Below are positions 57,870 to 64,000 of a stretch of DNA of 64,000 bases, in pieces (the first letter of the stretch is position 1; each line of letters opens with the position of its first letter). The notes beneath the pieces were generated by a model that was not told the DNA's origin, ran no database searches, and saw only the letters and a program-made list of their open reading frames with translations. The position numbers and the translations under genes are program-made. The DNA is taken from NCBI GenBank assembly GCA_012800005.1, contig JAAZKC010000006.1:7436-71435 (forward strand), written 5' to 3'. The stretch comes from Acholeplasmataceae bacterium. Its GTDB lineage: Bacteria > Bacillota_I > Bacilli_A > Acholeplasmatales > UBA5453.

Positions 57870-58447
57870 AAAGTTTATTTTTAGATCCGAGTACTAATCT
57901 TTTATATATTGGGATTAGTAAAAATGACAAATTAATTAAAGAACATATTAAGGAAGGAAAGAAAGATCACGGACAATATCTTGTGCCTTTAATTAATACT
58001 TCACTTAAGAGTGTTAATTTAACTATTGATGATATAGATAAAATATATGTAGGGAGTGGTCCTGGTAGTTATACTGGTTTAAGGGTTAGTGGAATGGTTG
58101 CGAAAATGTTTTCCTCATTAAAAGAAATTCCTTTATATGAAGTTAGTAGTTTATATTTTTTATCAAGTGGGTATGAAGGGATAAAGGCTGTGATGATTGA
58201 TGCAAGAAACAATAATGTTTTTTCTGCAGTTTATGATAATGATAAAACAGTAGTAAAAGAAGCGTTAAGAAGTATTGATGATTTTAAAGTTGAGGTAGAA
58301 AAACATAATGCTAAAATGATTTTACTTGATGAAAACAACTATAAAATAGATGTAAATAAAATCATTTTAAAAGCGAAATTAGTTAAAAATGTAGATGCCT
58401 TTGAACCGAAATATTTAAGAGAAACTCAAGCTGAAAGAAATTTATGA
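57866..58447 (+). CDS. tsaB: t6A biosynthesis protein TsaB
   Basis: 'GSGPGSYTGLRV' with operon context. Confidence 0.88.
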   Translation: MKSLFLDPSTNLLYIGISKNDKLIKEHIKEGKKDHGQYLVPLINTSLKSVNLTIDDIDKIYVGSGPGSYTGLRVSGMVAKMFSSLKEIPLYEVSSLYFLSSGYEGIKAVMIDARNNNVFSAVYDNDKTVVKEALRSIDDFKVEVEKHNAKMILLDENNYKIDVNKIILKAKLVKNVDAFEPKYLRETQAERNL

Positions 58448-58878
58448 TTATTAGAAAATCTACTTTAGAAGATTTAGATTATATTTACAAGTTAGGTAAA
58501 GAAAATCTAGAAACACAATTTAGTAAAGAAACATTAAAAACCTTCATTATTTATGATGAAACTTATTATGTATGTTCTATTTTAGAAAAAGATTTAATTG
58601 GTTATATTATTTTATGGAAATCAGATAACTACGGCCAAATAATAGATATTGTCATTGAAGAAAAATATAGGAAAAAAGGATATGGTTTTAAACTTTTAAA
58701 TTATGGAATAAATTATTTAAAAGGATTAAATGTTAATGTGGTTTCATTAGAAGTTAATGTTAATAATAAAGCCGCGCTTAGTTTATATAAGAAAGCGGGA
58801 TTTACAAAAGAAAGAACCTTAGAAAACTATTATGAAAATAGTGATGGGGTATTATTAATTAGGAGATTAGATTTATGA
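58444..58878 (+). CDS. rimI: Ribosomal-protein-alanine N-acetyltransferase (GNAT)
   Basis: GNAT motif A 'YRKKGYGFKLL' with operon context. Confidence 0.85.
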   Translation: MIIRKSTLEDLDYIYKLGKENLETQFSKETLKTFIIYDETYYVCSILEKDLIGYIILWKSDNYGQIIDIVIEEKYRKKGYGFKLLNYGINYLKGLNVNVVSLEVNVNNKAALSLYKKAGFTKERTLENYYENSDGVLLIRRLDL

Positions 58879-59867
58879 TTATATTAGCGGTAGAAAGTAG
58901 TTGTGATGAAACGAGTGTTGCGGTAGTAAAAGATGGTAAAGAAGTTTTATCAAACGTTGTTAATTCACAAATAGATATTCATAAAAAATTTGGTGGAGTT
59001 GTCCCAGAGATTGCCTCAAGAAACCACATTATCAATATGACTTATGTCTTTAAAGAGGCTATCAAAAAGGCTAATATTACTCATGATGATATTGATTTGG
59101 TTGCGGTGACTCATGGTCCAGGATTAATTGGCTCATTATTGGTAGGAATTAATGCGGCTAGTGCGTACGCTTTAAGTTATGATAAACCATTAATTGGGAT
59201 TCATCACCTTAAAGGACATATTTATGCGGCTAATATTGATAATGATTTAAAGTTTCCTTTAATAGCGTTACTTGTTTCTGGTGGGCATACTGAACTTATT
59301 TATATGGAAGATCATGGGAAGTATGAAATTTTAGGTGAAACATTAGATGATGCGGTAGGAGAAGCTTATGATAAGGTTGCGAGGATGTTGGATTTAGGTT
59401 ATCCTGGTGGACCAATAATTGATGCATTGGCTGAAAAAGGAAAAGATACATATAACTTAACTAGGCCTTATTTAGATAAAGATGAGTATATGTTTAGTTT
59501 TTCTGGAATTAAGAGTGCGGTAAATAACATTATTTATCACGCAAATAGAAAAGGTGAAGAAATTAATAAAGCCAATTTGGCTTGTTCATTTCAAGAAGCA
59601 GTAATTGATGTGCTAATTTATAAATTAAAATTAGCAGTTAAAAATTATAATGTTGATAATATTGTAATTGCGGGGGGAGTTGCCGCAAATAAAAGATTAA
59701 GACAAAGAGTCTTTAAGGAAATAGAAGGAAAAAATATTATTATTCCTAAAATGGAATATTGTACAGATAATGCCGCAATGATAGGTGCGGCTGCGTATTA
59801 TGAATATAAAAAGCGTGGCGCTTCTAAAGATTATTTAATAAAAGGAAGTTCACAGCTAGACTTATAG
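58875..59867 (+). CDS. tsaD: tRNA N6-adenosine threonylcarbamoyltransferase TsaD
   Basis: 'ESSCDETS', 'HHLKGH', 'VSGGHT' and 'GGVAAN'. Confidence 0.95.
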   Translation: MIILAVESSCDETSVAVVKDGKEVLSNVVNSQIDIHKKFGGVVPEIASRNHIINMTYVFKEAIKKANITHDDIDLVAVTHGPGLIGSLLVGINAASAYALSYDKPLIGIHHLKGHIYAANIDNDLKFPLIALLVSGGHTELIYMEDHGKYEILGETLDDAVGEAYDKVARMLDLGYPGGPIIDALAEKGKDTYNLTRPYLDKDEYMFSFSGIKSAVNNIIYHANRKGEEINKANLACSFQEAVIDVLIYKLKLAVKNYNVDNIVIAGGVAANKRLRQRVFKEIEGKNIIIPKMEYCTDNAAMIGAAAYYEYKKRGASKDYLIKGSSQLDL

Positions 59868-59877
59868 GAGAAAAACT

Positions 59878-61281
59878 ATGAAAAAGGTTTTATTAATTAT
59901 TGGAATAATTTTAACAAGTTTAATAATTTTAATTTCAATTCCTTTAATAATGTTTTCTAAAAACTATAAAGTTCCTGAAGAACAATATAAAGTAGAAGAA
60001 ACATATTTTATGAAGCATTTTGATAATGAGTTTGTGGAGCTTGTAAATAGTGATACAAAAAACTATATAAATGTTAATTTAACAGAAGTTTATATAAACC
60101 AATTTATTAAAAGAGAATTATTTAAAGATAACCCTAAATATATGGTTAGTGCATATGAAGGAGAGTTAGAATATAAGTATATGTATATTTCAGAAGGCTC
60201 TTTTAAAGTGGGAATTAGAGGTTTATATACAGACGTTTAAGATAATCAAGTCGATATTATTTTAAGTGTTGACCTACTCGCTGGCAAGACAAGATTATAT
60301 AGAACTGGTATTTTAATAAGAGTAAATATTGAAACATTAGATGATACATATGTTTTTAAAGTGAATAGAATTTATTTAGGAAGAACTAAAATGCCTCTCA
60401 AAAGAGAACTTGGTTTAGCTACTTATATTACCAAAAAAATCAATGGTAAAACGCTTGATGAAGTTATAAATGACTCTTTACCATTTGGTTATTATAATAA
60501 AAATGAGGTTTCTTTAGAAGTAACGGAAGCCAGTGTTTTAGAGTATGCAAAAGAAAAACATGTTGGCTTTGGAACTTTAATTAAACTTATTTATAACCAT
60601 GACTTATTAAGTATTGATGTAGTGAATGATGGGGTTTCTTTATCACTTAATATGGGGGCAGTTAGAAAGAAAACAACTGCTCCATCAAAACCTAATTTTG
60701 AACCGCTCACAAGCCCCGAAGAACAAGCAGAGTTTATGGTTGGTTTAAATGGAAGATTGCTTGCAGGATTTTTAAATTCTCCAATAAACCCTTATGTTGA
60801 TTTAAATGAAGTTGAGGCAAATCAAGTTTTAGATTATTCTTTAAAAGACAAAGTTAAATTTAGTCAAGATTTTCCAATTAAACTATCGGCAATAGAAGAA
60901 GTTAATTATTATATTGAATCATCAAATGTCTTTTTAACAATGGAAAACAGTAATATAACATTATACTTAGAGTTTCTAGTAAAAAGAGATAATGAACCTA
61001 ATTTATTTATTATTCAAATTAAAATGAATTCAACTTTAGAAATGGTTAATGAAAATATAATTATTACAATGATTAGTGCGAGTGTTGGAAATATTACATT
61101 AACTAACGAAGAAGTTATGGAAATTATTAATGTTTATAATGAAGGAATGTTTGAAGATGGTAAACTCACTATTAGTAAACAACAATTAAGTGAAATGTTT
61201 AGTGGGGCAGAGATGATTATTGATGATGTGAAGATTGTTAATGGTAAATTAAGAATCTATTATACATTCACAGGTATTTAA
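59878..61281 (+). pseudogene. Membrane-anchored hypothetical protein gene split by a single in-frame TAA (60238-60240)
   Basis: The ORFs at 59878-60240 and 60361-61281 are in the same frame. The 40 codons between them (DNQVDIILSVDLLAGKTRLYRTGILIRVNIETLDDTYVFK) contain no other stop. An N-terminal TM helix is present. Confidence 0.6.
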
Positions 61282-61341
61282 GTTAAATTTAAAGGCTTGA
61301 CGCCGATTGAATATCGGCATCAAGCCTCAGTTAGTAACTAG
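61282..61341 (+). mobile_element. Relic of a transposase/integrase (rve-type, IS3/IS30-like) C-terminus
   Basis: Translates as VKFKGLTPIEYRHQASVSN*. '(K)GL(S/T)P(I/V)(E/Q)YR' is the characteristic C-terminal end of DDE rve transposases. Only ~19 codons remain and no upstream catalytic part is present. Confidence 0.45.
61294..61326 (+). other. 14-bp imperfect hairpin inside the transposase relic
   Basis: ggcttgacgccgat-tgaat-atcggcatcaagcc has one mismatch and is unusually GC-rich for this region. Confidence 0.5.
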
Positions 61342-61417
61342 TAATTTTTTATTTATTTAAAGTGTATACTTGACAAGGGGCTGTTCAAATCTAAGTTCTT
61401 TTTTAACGTTGCATAAT

Positions 61418-61463
61418 AAAATGCAACGCTCACGTTATCGTTTCATTTATCGTTTCAAAAATG
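61418..61463. repeat. 46-bp direct repeat, copy A (just downstream of the AlbA_2 gene stop)
   Basis: aaaatgcaacgctcacgttatcgtttcatttatcgtttcaaaaatg is identical to 62775-62820. A 10-bp inverted partial copy (aacgttgcat, 61405-61414) abuts it. Confidence 0.95.
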
Positions 61464-61469
61464 CAACGC

Positions 61470-62738
61470 TTAAACAATTGACTTATATTTTGTGGTTGTG
61501 CCATCACCAATTTTTTTAACAATCTTTTTTTCAATTAAACTATTTAATAATCTAATGGTTTTTGATTTGGTGAAATTTGTAATTTCTTCTAATTCTAATC
61601 TTGATAACATCGCTTCTTTTAAAGCATTAAAAATAATGTTTTCATCAACAGTTAAATTAGGTATTTTACTTAATAATGTAGGTAGGGTAACCATTACTCT
61701 ATGTTCAGTAAATTTAAAGATTGGTTTTGAAATAGAGTCTTGATATGCTTGATTAATTCTATAAACACCAGTCCCTAGTTTTTCAATAATTTTAAGTCTA
61801 TAAAATAAGTTTGCAATATTTGGATTTCTTAAAACAGAACTAGTATACTTGAAATAATCATCTTCATTTATACCCTCAGGTAAGCCGCCAGGAGAAGAAA
61901 TTACTACCTTATCTTTAAACATTGCCACTTGAATAAAAGAATTTATATCCCAAACTCTATGGATTAGAGCGTTAGCAAGCGCTTCTCTAAAAGCTTCAAG
62001 TGGAATAAGTTCTTTTCTTTTTCTTATAAACCCTTCGATTTCTTCATATTGATAGTACTGTTTAAAAATTTCTAATGTTCGTTCAAACTGAATTAATAAA
62101 GACTTTTTAGAAATAGTCTCTCTAAAAAGAATTTGATTAATATTATCACCAAAGCGAACAATATCAACTCCAGAAAACTCAATCTCATTTTCATCGGCCA
62201 ATAATTCTCCGGCAATTGTGTAGCCATCATTATACAAGTTGAGAGTCTTCAAAATTTCTAAATTAACCTCTTTCAAATTAATTTTTTCCTTTAACCATTT
62301 TTCTAAAGTTTCAAAAGTTAAATTCGTACTTGTGGATTTTTGATCCTCAAAATTAAGATTCATTCCTTTTAAAATAAGCCTCTTTAATTCTATATTAGAT
62401 ATTTTAACAGTAGAGGTATCCATTCTACAGTAAGCTTGACTTTGGTATAAGTAAGGAGTATTTTCCCCTCTAAAAACATTTAATCTAATTATATAATTAC
62501 CATTAATTTTTTCTTCTAATAGTCTAAAAAATGGTTTAGGTGTTATTGTTGTGTTAATTAAATTTTCAATTTTTTCTTTTAATGATTTAAGTTCATCTTT
62601 ATTAAATCCTTTAGCCTTTCCATCATCTGTTATCCCAAATAAAATTGAACCGTTATTATAATTTGCGAAAGCACTGACGGTTTTTAAAAAAGTTTTATTA
62701 ACTATTTCTTTAAATTCTAAATTGTAAGTTTCTTTCAT
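61470..62738 (-). CDS. Schlafen/AlbA_2-domain protein with an HATPase_c_4-like middle and a C-terminal wHTH (COG2865-type putative DNA-binding regulator)
   Basis: N-terminal 'ETYNLEFKE....KTVSAFANYNNGSILFGITDDG' is the AlbA_2 signature. 'REALANALIHRVW' marks the middle domain, and the C-terminus is wHTH-like ('RLELEEITNFTKSKTIRLLNSLIEKKIV'). I chose the ATG at 62738 (GGTGA RBS) over the track GTG at 62750. Confidence 0.7.
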   Translation of the reverse strand: MKETYNLEFKEIVNKTFLKTVSAFANYNNGSILFGITDDGKAKGFNKDELKSLKEKIENLINTTITPKPFFRLLEEKINGNYIIRLNVFRGENTPYLYQSQAYCRMDTSTVKISNIELKRLILKGMNLNFEDQKSTSTNLTFETLEKWLKEKINLKEVNLEILKTLNLYNDGYTIAGELLADENEIEFSGVDIVRFGDNINQILFRETISKKSLLIQFERTLEIFKQYYQYEEIEGFIRKRKELIPLEAFREALANALIHRVWDINSFIQVAMFKDKVVISSPGGLPEGINEDDYFKYTSSVLRNPNIANLFYRLKIIEKLGTGVYRINQAYQDSISKPIFKFTEHRVMVTLPTLLSKIPNLTVDENIIFNALKEAMLSRLELEEITNFTKSKTIRLLNSLIEKKIVKKIGDGTTTKYKSIV

Positions 62739-62754
62739 TTTAATCACCACTTAT

Positions 62755-62783
62755 ATTATATAATAAGTAAACAAAAAATGCAA
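62755..62783 (-). promoter_or_regulatory. Promoter of the AlbA_2 gene (TTGCAT-N17-TATAAT, minus strand)
   Basis: The reverse complement reads gcgTTGCATtttttgtttacttattaTATAATataagtGGTGAttaaaATG. The -35 lies inside repeat copy B. Confidence 0.55.
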
Positions 62784-62820
62784 CGCTCACGTTATCGTTT
62801 CATTTATCGTTTCAAAAATG
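62775..62820. repeat. 46-bp direct repeat, copy B (upstream of the AlbA_2 gene; supplies its -35)
   Basis: 46/46 identical to 61418-61463. Confidence 0.95.
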
Positions 62821-62853
62821 GGGCGTTTTTAAAGCTATCGTTTTAAAGAAAAA

Positions 62854-62877
62854 TGAAACGAAAGAACCTTCGTTTCA
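62854..62877. promoter_or_regulatory. 9-bp perfect inverted repeat TGAAACGAA-N6-TTCGTTTCA
   Basis: It shares the CGTTTCA core with the tandem TATCGTTTCA units inside the 46-bp repeat. Confidence 0.5.
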
Positions 62878-62946
62878 ATTTGTAAAATAAAAAAACTCTA
62901 CGTTTTGGTGAAAATAAGCACGTTAACATAGAGTTTTATTTAATGA

Positions 62947-64000
62947 TTATTGTTTCTTCTTTAAGAAGAACACAACCCCAACTCCTACACCAGCTAATGC
63001 GATAACTGAAATGCTAATAAGTGTAACTGTAAGCCATGGGAATGGTTTAACATAAACTTCAGTATCAGTATTTTCAATTAAAATTAATGATTCATGAGCA
63101 TTAACTTTAATTGGTTCACCAGCTTTATAAGATTTAATAGCTGTAAGACCTGCGGTATCTTTATTGACTAAGACATCGTAACCATGTTTGTTTGGTAAGG
63201 TGAGTTTAACCCTTTTAACATTGGCGTTATGGATAATTAATAAATCTTTGTCACCTTTAACTTGATATGCGATTACTGATTTTTGATCTTCATATAAGAA
63301 AGAAACTTTTTCATTAATTTCTTCTTTGGTTGTTAATCTAAGTTGTGGGAACTCTTTTCTTAATTTAATTAATCCTTTAATATAAGCATTAACTTTAGTT
63401 TGTTCAGGTTTACCTTTTAAATCCCATCTAATTTGATTAACTGAATCAGGTGATTCATAACTATTATGATCAAAACCAACACCGTTTGCGTTAGGTTTAC
63501 TTCTTAAAATTTCATCACCAGCGTGAATAAATACTACACCTTGACTAGTAAGAAGAACTGCGTAGGCCTGCATCACCATTTCATCAATTAAATCAAGTTG
63601 GTTAGTAATTTCGTTAGTTTGATAAAGTTTATCGTAAAGAGTGTTATTATCGTGAGCTGTTACATAGTTAATAGTTTTACCTGGTTCTGTGTGCCAAGTT
63701 TTACCACCTGATAGGTGAGATTCAGTAACGCCGTTATGTTTAACACCACCAACAATACCATATTTAACTCTATTGATAACTTCAGCTCCAGATACCCCTT
63801 GAACAAATCCTGGGTATTCTCTGTTAAATACTGAACCCTTCATCGCATCTCTAAAGTCATCATTAAATGCGCCAACTCCACTAACTAAATGTAAGTTTTT
63901 CTTACCTGCTTGATTGCTTGCTGGAAGTGGAGTAGTTCCTCCCATCCAAGGTTCACCATAAACCATAATTGTTGGGTCAATGGCCGTAAGTTCATTATAA
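62947..64000 (-). CDS. Pullulanase-type GH13 glycosidase, C-terminal part with a TM anchor (5' end outside the window)
   Basis: The frame is open to the window edge. 'YVTAHDNNTLYDKL' and 'IHAGDEILRSK' are GH13 pullulanase regions. The C-terminal hydrophobic helix is followed by 'KKKQ'. Confidence 0.8.
   Translation of the reverse strand, partial: YNELTAIDPTIMVYGEPWMGGTTPLPASNQAGKKNLHLVSGVGAFNDDFRDAMKGSVFNREYPGFVQGVSGAEVINRVKYGIVGGVKHNGVTESHLSGGKTWHTEPGKTINYVTAHDNNTLYDKLYQTNEITNQLDLIDEMVMQAYAVLLTSQGVVFIHAGDEILRSKPNANGVGFDHNSYESPDSVNQIRWDLKGKPEQTKVNAYIKGLIKLRKEFPQLRLTTKEEINEKVSFLYEDQKSVIAYQVKGDKDLLIIHNANVKRVKLTLPNKHGYDVLVNKDTAGLTAIKSYKAGEPIKVNAHESLILIENTDTEVYVKPFPWLTVTLISISVIALAGVGVGVVFFLKKKQ

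Overview
This is a low-GC (about 30% by eye) bacterial chromosome segment. It uses the standard bacterial code: TGA ends conserved genes such as ybaB, pgi, tsaE, tsaB and rimI, and Trp is TGG. Gene content and order fit Firmicutes/Tenericutes of an Acholeplasma-like kind: dnaX-ybaB-recR, tilS-hpt-ftsH, groESL behind a CIRCE-like element, tsaE-tsaB-rimI-tsaD, pyruvate phosphate dikinase and a class II RNR. Every exported protein carries a lipobox or TM anchor, and none has LPXTG. I support about 57 protein genes, including 2 apparent pseudogenes, and found no rRNA, tRNA or CRISPR array. Most of the window is housekeeping, with three accessory or unusual patches. (1) 710-14758 is a cluster of surface and transport genes: a CUT1-type ABC importer whose cytoplasmic parts carry Lys/Glu-rich extensions, a 1290-aa modular lipoprotein with OB-like modules, an Ig-like anchored protein, and a PASTA-LTD-thermonuclease lipoprotein. 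I propose it as a candidate extracellular nucleic-acid capture, degradation and import system, with glycan uptake as the alternative. (2) 43516-45000 holds a hipBA toxin-antitoxin pair with TACCG half-sites around its promoter. (3) 59878-62946 is a decaying and inserted region: a gene split by one in-frame TAA, a transposase C-terminal relic, and a Schlafen/AlbA_2-type gene bracketed by a perfect 46-bp direct repeat with TCGTTTCA iterons. Other notable signals:
- a -1 slippery heptamer in dnaX that would give a gamma-like product;
- a B. subtilis-type pyrG reiterative-transcription attenuator;
- cdaA followed by a PAS/degenerate-GGDEF membrane protein instead of cdaR;
- tandem DHH/DHHA1 paralogues;
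- a T6-tract frameshift in a membrane protein gene.
All family calls come from motif recognition by eye. No database search was run.
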